From Candidatus Dojkabacteria bacterium (GTDB lineage: Bacteria; Patescibacteriota; Dojkabacteria; J137): a stretch of 64,000 bases of DNA. Position numbers and translations under genes: made by a program. The DNA lies in contig JAUZRK010000021.1 of NCBI GenBank assembly GCA_030950485.1, positions 5,498 to 69,497 on the forward strand. Reading direction: 5' to 3'. Shown one piece after another: positions 10,155 through 21,407 of this stretch; within the stretch, counting starts at the first letter, position 1, and every line of letters starts with the position of its first letter. The notes under the pieces are model-generated. The model had not been told where the DNA came from and made no database searches. It saw only the letters and a list, made by a program, of their open reading frames with translations.

Positions 10155-13124
10155 TTATTTCTCCAATCCCAACTCTATCTTATACCCATTACTATCTATT
10201 AAAATCTGACCTTCTTCTACAACACCTCTTTCTAGCTTAGAAGCGCTAACACCTTCTGAAATCTCGCTAGAGTATTTCTCGAAAAGAGCTATAACCTTAT
10301 CGTCTCCCTCGTAATATACCATTACAGGGTCACCCATTTTCATATTCATATTCTTTCTATTAGCTTGTATCTGTCTTACAATTTCTCTTACTAGTCCTTT
10401 TTCAACTAGATCATCACTAAGTTCAATATCTAGCCCCACTTTTATATCTGATGAATCATCACCAACAACCTTTAGATTCTCAGACTCTTCAATACTAGCT
10501 TTTGATTGAACATTTATAATATTTAACTCATTCATAAGCAGCTCCTTCATCCAATCTCTAGGTTCAGGTACTATTGAATTGTTAGACATTATATACAAGT
10601 TAGCTAAAGGCTGCCTGACCTTCATTGAATTCTCAGTCCTTAATACATGGCCTAATTCAACAACTTTTCTTAAAACATTCATTTCCTCAGGTATAACTTG
10701 GTACTCATCCATAAAGTTTTTATCGAAAACCGGATAGTCTGTTAAATGAATTGACTCAGCTACATCTTCAAAGTGATTAGCTACTAGTTCCTTATAAATG
10801 TACTCAGTTATAAATGGAGTTAATGGTGCCATTAACTTTAATGTTTCTATTAGTACGTAGTAAAGTACTTCAAGAGCTCTTGTATCACCATCAGCAAATC
10901 TATTTCTATTACTTCTGATATACCATTTAGATGTATCATTTATAAAATCTTTTATAGCTCTAGCTGCTTTTGGAATTGTATAGTTATCTAATTCTTCAGT
11001 AACTTTTTTGATTGTTTCCTGAAGTCTGTAAATAATCCAAGCATCTAACTCGTTATTCATGTCATCGAATGGAATGTGATCCCATGGATGAGAGTCATCA
11101 GTTACATTTCTTTCGTTATAAGCTAACTCTTTGCTTGGCATCCAATTATGAATGTTTGCATATGTTGTTAGGTAACTAAAAATATTCCAAAGAGGCAAGA
11201 TTGTCTCTTGCTTATTAGCTTTAATTGTTTTGTCTGTTACTGCTGAATCTTCTCCATACATTAATGGAGAGTCATAGAAATTCAGTCTAATACTATCTGC
11301 ACCATGCTGTTCAATTAGTGGCATTGGTGGAGTATAGTTACCTAGACTCTTTGATAGCTTTCTTCCTTTATCATCAGTAATAGTTCCATTAATGATTACA
11401 TTTTTAAAAGCTGGTGAGTTGAATAATACAGTTCCTTCAGCATGAAGCGTATAAAACCAACCTCTAGTTTGATCTATTCCTTCGGCTATATATTCTGCAG
11501 GAAATTTTTTCTCAAATTTTTCTTTATTTTCAAAAGGGTAGTGAAACCTAGCAAAAGGCATTGCTCCAGAATCATACCAAACGTCGATTACGTCAGTAAT
11601 TCTAGTATATGTCTCTCCATCAAGTTCAAATGTTACTTCATCTACAAAAGGTCTATGAGGGTCTTCTAATTTTACTCCTGATAGTTCTTCTAATTCTTCA
11701 AATGATCCAATAACTTTTGTCTTACCTGATTCAGATTTCCAAACAGGAAGAGGAGTTCCCCAATATCTCTTTCTAGAAATTGCCCAATCTTTAATTTCAG
11801 ACAGCCAATTACCAAATCTACCTTCTCTTGCGTGAGCTGGTATCCAGTTTATCTTATTATTATTTTCTACAAGCTCTGTTCTTACTTTACTCATTCCTAC
11901 ATACCAAGATGTAATAGGTTTATAGATTAATGGAGTTTTTGTTCTCCAACACATTGGCATATCGTGCTCATAATCTTCATGTCTCCAAAGTCTACCCATC
12001 TCTTCTAGATCTTTTATAATATATTTATTAGCTTTTCTGTAAAACATTCCAGCGTATGGTGTTATTTCTTCAGTAAAGTCCCCTTGATCATCAAGTACAT
12101 CAAAACTTTCTATGTCTTCTTTCATAAAGACATCATTGTCTTCCGCACCATAAGGTGCTAAGTGAACAATTCCAGTTCCACTTTCAGTTGAAACATAATC
12201 AGCAGCAAATATTTTATGTGAATTTTTTCTACCTTTGAAAAAATCAAAAGGTGGATTATATTCTTTACCTAAAAGTGTAGAAGAATCAACTTCCTCTAAT
12301 ATCTTATATTCAGCATCTTTAAATACAAATTCTAAGCAATCTTTTGCGCAGATATATGTTTCATCTTCGTTATCGCCTTTTACTTTTACATATTTAATTT
12401 TTGGATTAATAGCTAATCCAAGATTAGTTGGGATTGTCCAAGGTGTAGTAGTCCAAGCTAGTACAAAAGTACTTTCTTCATCTTTTAGTTGAAACTTAAC
12501 TGTAATCGCAGGATCTACAAAAGGTTTATAACCTCCAAGCGCAACTTCAGCATTTGATAGGGTAGTTCCAGCTCTTGTTGAATAAGGAACTACTTTAAAT
12601 CCTTCATATAAATGACCTTTTTCGAATAGTTCTTTTAATGACCACCAGACTGACTCAATGAATTTACTATCCATAGTTGCATATTCCTCTTTGCCATTAG
12701 TAAGTCTACCTACTGCTTCTTCTAGTTCTATAATATTTTTTTGATATTTGATTACAGACTCTTTACAGAGTTGATTGAATTCTTTTATTCCGTATTTTTC
12801 TATATCTTTTTTTTCTTTGAATCCAAGCTTCTTTTCTATCTCATATTCAACAGGGATACCATGACAATCCCAACCTAAACTTCGTGAAACCTTGTATCCT
12901 TGCATACTCCAGTATCTAGGTATTATATCTTTTAACGAAAATGTAAGCATGTGTCCAGTATGAGGTTCACCATTAGCAGTAATAGGTCCGTCATAAAATG
13001 TTTTAATATTATCGTCAGGTCTTTGTTCGATTGATTTTTCAAGAACATTATTTTCTTTCCACCAGTTTAATATGTCTTTTTCTAATTCATGAAAGTCTTG
13101 TCTTGGATTTGGTTTGTTGAACAT
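10155..13124 (-). CDS. ileS: Isoleucine--tRNA ligase (type 2-like)
   Basis: FYDGPITANGEPHTGH (HIGH), GWDCHG, WTTTPWT, EGIDQTRGWF, KLSKS (KMSKS). Confidence 0.97.
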   Translation of the reverse strand: MFNKPNPRQDFHELEKDILNWWKENNVLEKSIEQRPDDNIKTFYDGPITANGEPHTGHMLTFSLKDIIPRYWSMQGYKVSRSLGWDCHGIPVEYEIEKKLGFKEKKDIEKYGIKEFNQLCKESVIKYQKNIIELEEAVGRLTNGKEEYATMDSKFIESVWWSLKELFEKGHLYEGFKVVPYSTRAGTTLSNAEVALGGYKPFVDPAITVKFQLKDEESTFVLAWTTTPWTIPTNLGLAINPKIKYVKVKGDNEDETYICAKDCLEFVFKDAEYKILEEVDSSTLLGKEYNPPFDFFKGRKNSHKIFAADYVSTESGTGIVHLAPYGAEDNDVFMKEDIESFDVLDDQGDFTEEITPYAGMFYRKANKYIIKDLEEMGRLWRHEDYEHDMPMCWRTKTPLIYKPITSWYVGMSKVRTELVENNNKINWIPAHAREGRFGNWLSEIKDWAISRKRYWGTPLPVWKSESGKTKVIGSFEELEELSGVKLEDPHRPFVDEVTFELDGETYTRITDVIDVWYDSGAMPFARFHYPFENKEKFEKKFPAEYIAEGIDQTRGWFYTLHAEGTVLFNSPAFKNVIINGTITDDKGRKLSKSLGNYTPPMPLIEQHGADSIRLNFYDSPLMYGEDSAVTDKTIKANKQETILPLWNIFSYLTTYANIHNWMPSKELAYNERNVTDDSHPWDHIPFDDMNNELDAWIIYRLQETIKKVTEELDNYTIPKAARAIKDFINDTSKWYIRSNRNRFADGDTRALEVLYYVLIETLKLMAPLTPFITEYIYKELVANHFEDVAESIHLTDYPVFDKNFMDEYQVIPEEMNVLRKVVELGHVLRTENSMKVRQPLANLYIMSNNSIVPEPRDWMKELLMNELNIINVQSKASIEESENLKVVGDDSSDIKVGLDIELSDDLVEKGLVREIVRQIQANRKNMNMKMGDPVMVYYEGDDKVIALFEKYSSEISEGVSASKLERGVVEEGQILIDSNGYKIELGLEK

Positions 13125-13161
13125 GGTTACTGCTAATAAAAAATAGATTTATAATTTATTA

Positions 13162-13305
13162 GAGGACTCTTGTTAGAGTGGTACCACCTCAATTTCCCGA
13201 AATGAAGTTTCGGAACACTTATTACAGCTTTTTCGGGCTTACCCGCTGGGTTCTATTGGCATTTGCTTTCTTCCCAGTGCTCAGGAGTGATATCTCCTTC
13301 ATAGC
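13162..13305 (-). promoter_or_regulatory. T-box riboswitch (Ile, AUC specifier) upstream of ileS
   Basis: Minus strand: GCTATGAA-GGAG-ATATCA-CTCC-TGAGC (GA motif plus short stem I with ATC), CTGGG...GAA-CCCAG stem II, CGGG/CCCG stem IIA, TTCCGAAA/TTTCGGGA stem III, antiterminator GAGG-TGGTACC-ACTCT-AACA-AGAGT-CCTC. Confidence 0.9.
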
Positions 13306-13364
13306 GTTAAAATAATTTTAGCACAATAAATGATAAAATTAGCTAATAATACTTTTCCTATAAA

Positions 13365-13688
13365 ATGAAACAGAAATATTTCGAGCTAACATTAGCAGCA
13401 GTAATAAGTCTTCTTTTTACAATATCGACAAGCTTTCTCAGTATTCATATTTATAGAAATACTAATTTGATAGATACAAAGTTAAATTATGAGAATTTCT
13501 TTCTTCCTTCTCTAACTGGGATATTACTAATACTAAGAGTCTCTAGTAATTTATTCAAAGTTTATAAAGGTAAGGAATTTAGAAACAAGGAGTTTATTAT
13601 AATGAATACGATAGCTCCATTTATAGTATTAATAATAGCGATAGTACTTTCTATATTTATTAAGAAACAAACTTATTTCTCTTTATAA
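13365..13688 (+). CDS. Small membrane protein (3 TM)
   Basis: Hydrophobic ORF with upstream TGATAAAAT extended -10. Confidence 0.6.
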   Translation: MKQKYFELTLAAVISLLFTISTSFLSIHIYRNTNLIDTKLNYENFFLPSLTGILLILRVSSNLFKVYKGKEFRNKEFIIMNTIAPFIVLIIAIVLSIFIKKQTYFSL

Positions 13689-14229
13689 AAAACCTCAAGA
13701 TATGTTCTTTTCCTTTTGAGATACCTATTCTTTCAGATTCCATTACCTCGTACTCTGAATCATTTTCTACTATGAATAGTGTTGAATCTTTGTTTGTTAA
13801 GTCTAGTCCATAAAATGACTTGTCGATATCCATTGCTTTACATAATTTTCCAGGGCCAGTAGTTAAATCTTTTAACTTTTCTTTACTTCTAAATTTCTGC
13901 ATTAAATCTATAACTTCGATTGGTTCTAATGCTCTTATTAAGACACTTACTGGATCATTAATCTCGCTGCATGTTATATCTAGTAGATTTTGTCCATGCA
14001 TACTATGAATATAGGCGTAACCCGCTGGTCCGAATAGGACTTTTGTTCTCTCTGTTTTTCCAATGAAAGAATGAGCTGCTGGATCATTTGCGCCTAGATA
14101 TGCTTCAGTTTCAACAATTACGCCAGAAATAATTCTTTCTCCTAACTTTCGAACCAAGAGTTTGCCTAATAAGTCTTTTGCAACTAAGGTCGCATCTCGA
14201 TTGAAGAATGTATTTTCTAGTATGATCAT
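13660..14229 (-). CDS. mpg: DNA-3-methyladenine glycosylase (MPG/AAG family)
   Basis: VAKDLLGK, IVETEAYLG, VLIRALEP, GPGKLC, RIGIS. Confidence 0.93.
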   Translation of the reverse strand: MIILENTFFNRDATLVAKDLLGKLLVRKLGERIISGVIVETEAYLGANDPAAHSFIGKTERTKVLFGPAGYAYIHSMHGQNLLDITCSEINDPVSVLIRALEPIEVIDLMQKFRSKEKLKDLTTGPGKLCKAMDIDKSFYGLDLTNKDSTLFIVENDSEYEVMESERIGISKGKEHILRFFIKRNKFVS

Positions 14230-14804
14230 TTATTTAATTTTACAATATAATCCATGATGTCATTCCAATTATATACCCTAGTTACCTTAGGGTGAGAGTA
14301 GTCTTGCCAATATTTACCATTCATTAATAAGAGATGGGGGATAATGTCATAAACATCTTCGAAATTTTGATATCTATCATCAATAAAAACATCACTTCCT
14401 TCAAGAAATGGCCTTTTGCTATTAGTATATCCAACTCCAATTACTTCTATGTTTTCATTTACTTTATAAGTTGCTAGCCATTTAAGTGCTACATCTAATG
14501 ACTCGTCGCTTCTAGCAGTGACTATTTTTACCGTATGATCTCGAGATAGTTTATTAATAGATTTAACTGAATTTAAGATTGGTTTCAATATGTCTGCTGT
14601 TTTTATATCTGCATACATGTCATGGGTAATCTCTCGAAGAATTGTCTTTGGAAGTACTCCAGTTGTCTCTAATTCTTCAAAGCTAACATTAGGAGCATCT
14701 TTAGAAAGTTCTGGGTATCTTTTTTGAAACTCATTTTTAATATAAAAATCTTTCAGTTCTTGCGTATCAGCAATTACTTTATCAAAATCTATTGATATTA
14801 TCAT
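14226..14804 (-). CDS. HAD-family 5'(3')-deoxyribonucleotidase-like protein
   Basis: IDFDKVIAD, IVTAR, VFIDD, RVYNWNDI. Confidence 0.8.
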   Translation of the reverse strand: MIISIDFDKVIADTQELKDFYIKNEFQKRYPELSKDAPNVSFEELETTGVLPKTILREITHDMYADIKTADILKPILNSVKSINKLSRDHTVKIVTARSDESLDVALKWLATYKVNENIEVIGVGYTNSKRPFLEGSDVFIDDRYQNFEDVYDIIPHLLLMNGKYWQDYSHPKVTRVYNWNDIMDYIVKLNK

Positions 14805-14871
14805 TCTGGAAATTTAATAACTTACGTAGAGAGTATATCAAAATGTTTTGTTTAAATGATAGAATTGAAGT

Positions 14872-14953
14872 ATGAAGATAAAGCTCAGATTACTTCTTTT
14901 CTGATATAGGAGGTGTACTCTTAACTTTGTGTATTACAAGCAAAAGTTTATGA
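14872..14953 (+). pseudogene. Remnant of a HAD hydrolase N-terminus
   Basis: ATG 6 nt after TGATAGAAT; MKIK then, in a shifted frame, YFFSDIGGVLL (HAD motif I-like), then stop. Confidence 0.35.
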
Positions 14954-14961
14954 GTTTTAAA

Positions 14962-16071
14962 TTATGATTTATCCTCTTGATTTAGAATAGTTCGCATGTC
15001 ATCAACAACAGTTTTGAGACCAGTTATTAAAGTAAACTTGTTTACAAAAAATTCCGTCACAAATTCAAATAATTTATTTTCTTCTTTTGTCAAATTAACC
15101 GAATTTGGATCAGCTTCATAATAAGCGAAAGTCCTCTGAGTGTTAGGAGTTTCCGTTGCAATCTTCTCATTAATATCAATTAAATCATAAATAACACCAT
15201 GAAATCCTACTAATTTTCCTGTAAGTAGAGATAATGAGAGTTATGGAAATGTTAAATTATATAGATAACTGTATAAGAGGTCCATGTACTCTTTTCCTGT
15301 AATGGTTTGACCAGGAAAAATACTTTCAGCCATTCCTAATATGAATGCCTGTACATTTTGTCCACCTGGATTACGTGCAACTGTATGATATATATTTACC
15401 CCAATATTTACTTGGGACATTGCTCTAGTATTTAGTATTTCAAACTCTGTGATGTTAAGAGGGGCTAGTTTGAACTCTTTAATCTGCCCAACTACTAGCT
15501 CTAAATATTTATTAGCAGCATCTGATCCTTCTTTAAAATCTAAACCTCCTAAGTCACCTAAAACAATTTCTGTAGAACCTTCGTTAAAATATAAGCTAGA
15601 TAAACTTAAATTCCCTATTCTTATCCCTGCTGTATTTGCAGTATCAATGTGTTTTGCCAAAGAGTCTAATAGATCAAGCCTTGTTTCTCTCGTGACTTTT
15701 TCTAGTGCTCCTTTTTTAAGTTGATCAAAAGTAGTACCTTCTGGATAATAAGGCATTCTGAATTTAAGTCCTATAGCATTATCTGTATCACCCTCTGCAT
15801 AAACAGGAATAATACCAGATGTCGTGATTGTAGGAATACCTAGTTCTTTTAAAATTTCTCTCGCAGAATGATCCAGTAAGAGTTGTAGGATTGTTGACTT
15901 AGGGTGTCTTTCAAAGTACACAATCTTTTCTACAATACCACTTTCGGGGTATACTTTGATTTCAGCTAGGTGTGCCGCTCGTTTAATAATTGTTGGCTCT
16001 TCATTTAGCTCGATTGTTAAATCTAATGATCCATCATTCTTTGAATCTAGTTTATTGTTTTTATCATCCAT
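14962..16071 (-). CDS. Protein-kinase-fold (pseudokinase-like) protein with an in-frame TAA at 15241-15243
   Basis: MPYYPEGTTF, IRIGNLSLSSLYF (HxDL..N-like), IVLGDLGG (DFG-like); frame continues 92 codons past the TAA to the stop at 14962. Confidence 0.5.
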
Positions 16072-16255
16072 ATATCACTCTAAATATTGTAGAGGATCTT
16101 AACATGGTTGCTATAATTCGACAATTAATGTTTCTGTTTAAAGACAAGTGTAATGAATATCTGCAATTACCCACTGAATTAGTTTAAATTAAAACACTAG
16201 GTGAATTAAGATGATAAAATTGCTTTAGTGGATAATAATAAAATCTATATTTAGT

Positions 16256-17197
16256 ATGAAGAAGATAAAAACATTATTTATGGGAACTAGCGAGTTCGCT
16301 GTTCCAGTTTTAGAAGGACTACTTGAAGCAGAGGAGATTGAAGTAACCGGCGTTATAACTCAGCCAGATCGTCCAGCAGGAAGGAAACAAGAATTGAAGC
16401 CAAGTCCACTTAAAGAAGCCGTTGGTAGATTGAATTCTAAAATGGCACTGCATCAGCCAGAGAGAATTAGCAGATTTAAGAAACACATCTTTGAAGAAAT
16501 AAAACCAGATTTAATAATAGTAGCTGCATACGGGCAGATAATTCCAGGAAGTATTTTGGAATTTCCAAAATTTAAGTGTCTAAATGTACACGGCTCATTA
16601 CTACCTGTACTAAGAGGAGCTGTACCTATTCATATGGCAATCCTCCAAGGTCTTGAAAAGACAGGTAATACACTTCAGATCATGAGCAAGAAAATGGATG
16701 AAGGTCCAATTGTATCTACTAGAGAGATTCAATTAGAAGGAAAAGAATATTTTTCAGAGTTATTTGATAAATTAGCTAAGTTAGCTAAAAAACAAATCGT
16801 TGAAGATATTTCTAAATGGGTTAGGGGAGAGCTAACTCCTAAAGACCAGGATGACTCTAAAGCTACTTACTGCTTTATGGATGATATAAAAAAGGAAAAA
16901 GCAGAGATTACTGAAGGTACTTCCGTAATTAAAGCAGAAAGAATGGTTAGAGCATTTAATTTATGGCCAGTAGCCTGGTTTCAATTAAGAGAGAGTAGTA
17001 ATAAAGGTAAAAGAATTAAAACATTTAAGTCTAAGTTAGCTAATTTAGTTATTAATAATGTACCTGACATGGCTTTGTTTGAAAATGATGGAGATCTTTA
17101 TCTTAAGTTAAAAGACGGAGTACTGCTTCTAGAAGAAATTCAACTTGAAGGAAAACAGAGGAGAGAAGGGAAGGAATATTTATATCTTATTGATTAA
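16256..17197 (+). CDS. fmt: Methionyl-tRNA formyltransferase
   Basis: FMGTSEFA, TQPDRPAGR, VAAYGQI, NVHGSLLP, MDEGP. Confidence 0.95.
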   Translation: MKKIKTLFMGTSEFAVPVLEGLLEAEEIEVTGVITQPDRPAGRKQELKPSPLKEAVGRLNSKMALHQPERISRFKKHIFEEIKPDLIIVAAYGQIIPGSILEFPKFKCLNVHGSLLPVLRGAVPIHMAILQGLEKTGNTLQIMSKKMDEGPIVSTREIQLEGKEYFSELFDKLAKLAKKQIVEDISKWVRGELTPKDQDDSKATYCFMDDIKKEKAEITEGTSVIKAERMVRAFNLWPVAWFQLRESSNKGKRIKTFKSKLANLVINNVPDMALFENDGDLYLKLKDGVLLLEEIQLEGKQRREGKEYLYLID

Positions 17198-17208
17198 TTT
17201 AAAATTGA

Positions 17209-17741
17209 ATGACAGATAAAGCTTTTGCAGAAATTATATTTGATAAGACTACTGAATTAGAAATTGAAAATGCAGTTAGTAATCTAATCACTGAAGACGA
17301 CCTATATTATTCTGATCAGGTAGAACATATAAGAGGTTTGATGACTAAAACTCTACATTTAACACTATTCTTGGGACTACCGGTCTGGTTTATAAATGAT
17401 AAAAAACTTCTTAAATTACTTAAATCTGTTGAGATCTCTGAACTTAAACCAGAGAAATTGAATTTCTTTGTAGGCTATATGGGCTTATATAAGGTTTTAT
17501 ATTTAGAAGTAAAGGATAAAGAGATGAAAGATTACTTTCAGTTGCTAAAGAGATAGCTGCTTTCGCACCTGAGCGTAACTTTAGAGTGGCAGACTTCCGT
17601 CCTCATATAACTGTAGCCTATGTTAATAAAGATTTTGAGTTGCCTGCAGAATATGACTTAGGTTTAGTTGAATTGAAAGTAAGTGAAATTAGGGTTAGTA
17701 AGCATTCTGATTTTGTTAAGAAAGTGAAAGAAGCTAAATAA
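17209..17741 (+). CDS. 2H phosphoesterase (2'-5' RNA ligase-like), frameshifted near 17538
   Basis: First motif HLTL in the annotated ORF; second motif FRPHITVAY in the shifted frame, ending TAA 17739-17741. Confidence 0.7.
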
Positions 17742-17742
17742 T

Positions 17743-19522
17743 TTATTTATAACCTTCAGCCTGTTTAGTAAACATCTCATTATAAAGCCCAGTGGTGTTC
17801 ATCAACTCTTCATGACTACCACTTTCTATAATCTTGCCCTCATCTAATACTATTATCCTATCAGCATTTCTAACTGTAGCGAATCTGTGTGAAACTATTA
17901 TCATAGTTGTATCTTTTGCTAAATGACTTATTTCTTCAAAGACTCTTGCTTCAGCTAGAGCATCTAGTGCAGAAGTTGGTTCATCTAATATTACTAATTT
18001 TGGATTAGCAAATAGCGCTCTTGCAATACCAACTTTTTGCCATTGGCCACCTGAAAGATCAGTTCCATTTTCAAAATCTCTACTAAGTAATGTTTCTATT
18101 CCTTCTGGTAACGTATCAATAAAAGTATTAATTCCTGCTTTTTCTGCACTTTCTTTAATGAATTCTAAATTATTCTCATCTTCTAAGTTTCCAATTGCAA
18201 TATTATCTTTTAAACTAAAATTTTGCAAAAGATTGAAATAGTACTCCCCAAAGTTTGTAATATGAATCTAAATCTAGTTCTTTTATATTTATATTATTTA
18301 TTAAAATCTCTCCCTCGTTTACATCATAAAATCTTGCAAGAAGCTTTATAAGCGTTGTCTTTCCAGCACCATTTTTACCAATTAATGCAATTTTTTCTCC
18401 AGAGTCTATTTTGAAACTTAGATTTTTGAAAATATACCTCTTAGTATTTGGGTATTTAAAGCTAACATTTCTAAACTCAATCTTTGGTGATGACTTTTCT
18501 ACTTTTTGAGGATTTTTAGAAATTATAATTTTTGATTTTAAATCAAAAATTTTTCTTAAGTCGCTTACATAATTCATCTGTTCAATCAGACTAGAAATAC
18601 TTCCTTCTACTTGAGAAAGTCTGTTGGATACGACAAAAATGTTTGCAAGCAAAAAAGTATAAGAACCTATTTTTAACTGACCATCAAGAATTTCTGAGAT
18701 TAAGAACATGTTAAATCCAACAAAGATTAGTGAAGAAATTATTGTTGAAATAAACATGTAAAAGAATTTTCTATTTAATGGTTTATTAGCAGAATTGACA
18801 AAGCTTAGTTGAGCATTTAAAAATACACTAATAATTTTATCTGCAAAACCATATACTCTTGCTTCTTTTATACTATCTAGATCGTCAAATGCTTTCATTG
18901 CTTTATTTGAATGTATTTTCTCATCTCCATCAGTATCCCAAATATTATAGAGTGCCTGTCCGTATTTTTTACTTACAATGAAATCAAATGATATTGGAAT
19001 AAATAATAAAAGTATAAATATAGGATTTATTGTTAGAAGAAGTCCTCCAACAAGTATTAAACCTATTAGTGCAGCCAAGAGCCTAGTAGATTGTCTAGCA
19101 ATTGTTACAGCTCTCCAAAAAATAACTGTACCAGCTTTTTGATGCATAAGATTAAACTCTTTACTCTCATGTGCTTCTATATCTGTAGTTACTATTTTAT
19201 GAATATATTTTGCCCAACCTAGCCTATTCCATTTATAGTTGAATTTTATTTCTGAAAAATAGTCTAATGCAGAAGTAAAATCTTCCAGGATGATTAAAAA
19301 TAATAAGGCCAATAAATATGGACCAAATTCAGGTATTAAATCTTTACTTTGAAAATCTTCTAGTTTTACAAGTTTATTTATTAGTAAACCACTAACAAAA
19401 GTAACAATTACTGGGGCTAATACATTAATAAGTCTTACAATAAGCATTAGTAAGACTTCTGGCTTACAGACCTCCCAAAGTAGCTTAATTATCCATTTGA
19501 AATCTGAAAGTTTTTGTTTCAT
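17743..19522 (-). CDS. ABC exporter (TMD+NBD), frameshifted near 18225
   Basis: TM domain, GKNGAGKT, then LSGGQWQK, ILDEPTSALD and H-loop in the next ORF. Confidence 0.85.
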
Positions 19523-19553
19523 ATAATTATTCTATCGTATTTTATCTTCTATT

Positions 19554-21316
19554 TCATTTCTTACTAAACCCACCACTTTGAATATCCCAAAGATTCTTGT
19601 AAATTTTAGAGTCACTAAGAAGCTCTTTATGAGTTCCGCTTTCAGCTACTGAACCATTTTCTATTACAAAAATATTATCGCAATGCGTAATTGTACTTAA
19701 TCTATGCGCAATAATAATCACTGTCTTATTCTGACTTAAAACTGTAAATGCTTCTTGAATTAGTTTCTCACTCTCGCTGTCTAACATACTAGTAGCTTCA
19801 TCAAATATAACTACTTTTGGGTTCTTAATTAAAACTCTAGCAATAGCAATTCTTTGTTTTTGACCTCCAGAAAGTTTTAATCCTCTTTCTCCAACTTTTG
19901 TTTCATAACCATCTTTTAAAGTCATTATGAAATCATGAATTTTTGCTTTCTTACAAGCTTCAATAATAATCTCTTTATTTCCCAGATTATCTAAATCATG
20001 AATGTCATCCAGAGCATATCCAACATTATAGTAAACGCTTCTATTAAATAAGACTGGCTCTTGGGGAACTAATCCAATAATTTCTCTAAGATCTTTATTT
20101 GAAAGATCTTTTATATTAACTCCATCAATCTCAATGCCTCCTTTCCAAACATCATAATATTTCATTAGGAGTCTGGTTAAGGTTGATTTACCACCTCCTG
20201 AAGTACCTACAAAAGCTATTGTTTCTTCTGACTTTATATCTTAATTTAAATCATTAATAACTGAAATATCACTAGTATAACCAAATGAAACATTTTGAAA
20301 ACTGATATTACCTCTAACCTCGCTTATAATTTGAGGATTGTTTATATATTTAATACTAGGCTTTGCATCGTATAGCTCGTAGAAATCTTCAATTGTAGGA
20401 AGGTCTTTCAATACATCTCTAATATTAAAAATCATTCCCATAACTCTTCCCGTCATCTGAGTTAAATAAGTTAAAATTACTACAACCTCACCTAAAGTTA
20501 AGTTTCCTTCTGTATACAATGTATTAGTAACTACTGCTGGGACTATAAAAACAAAAACCCCGGCAAGTCTTGCAACAAAATCAATAAGTCTAAAAGTATC
20601 TTGATATTTAAATTGTGCCTCTTGTGCAATTTCTAACTTTTTATCTAAATATTTAACTTCATAATCTTCTTTACCAAAAGATCTTACTGTTTCAAAATTT
20701 GAGACACCGTCAATTATCGTACTATTTCTATCGTATTCAGCGTCTTTTAATCGTTCCCTTTGCTTGATATTCATCTTAATTGATAACAGAAGAAAAGGTA
20801 CGGTAACTATTATTACTAAGATTGACGTTAAACTAATTAGTGGAGAGATAAAATCATAACTACAACAGGAATCATTAGATTGCCGAAGTTCTCCATTGTA
20901 AACCACTCAAGCCTCCATAAAAACATATCTATAGCCGATCTACTATTCAATATAATAGAAATCATTTTTCCTGTTTGTTTATTTACATGATAGTTATAGT
21001 CTTGCTCAATTACATTTTTATACACGTCATGCATTAAGTCTCTCATTAGTTTTCCCAGATGCCTTGACTTTGGATAGAATGTTAGAGGTTCTAAGATTAA
21101 TGGAGAGGCTATTAATACTCCTATTAAAAGTATCATCTTAAACATATCTAACTCCTCAACTGAATTTGCAGAATCTATAATTTGACCAATAGCTAGCGGA
21201 ACAAGGTTGTATGAAACTAAGAGAATTATTGATGCAATTATTCCGAGTATATGAAGTGATTTATATTTTTTTGATAAACTAATATACCTTTTATAGAGGC
21301 CGAAGAAATTGTTCAT
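19554..21316 (-). CDS. ABC exporter (TMD+NBD), broken by a frameshift (~20860) and an in-frame TAA (20241-20243)
   Basis: Reading through gives LN*DIKSEETIAFVGTSGGGKST, then LSGGQKQR and FDEATSMLD; probable heterodimer partner of the adjacent gene. Confidence 0.85.
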
Positions 21317-21407
21317 AGTTTGTAATGATAATTGGGTAGTGTAGTATAGCGTATGAACTTAGATTTGTTTAGTGAATTCGATTACACTAATATAAATTTA
21401 TGGAGAA

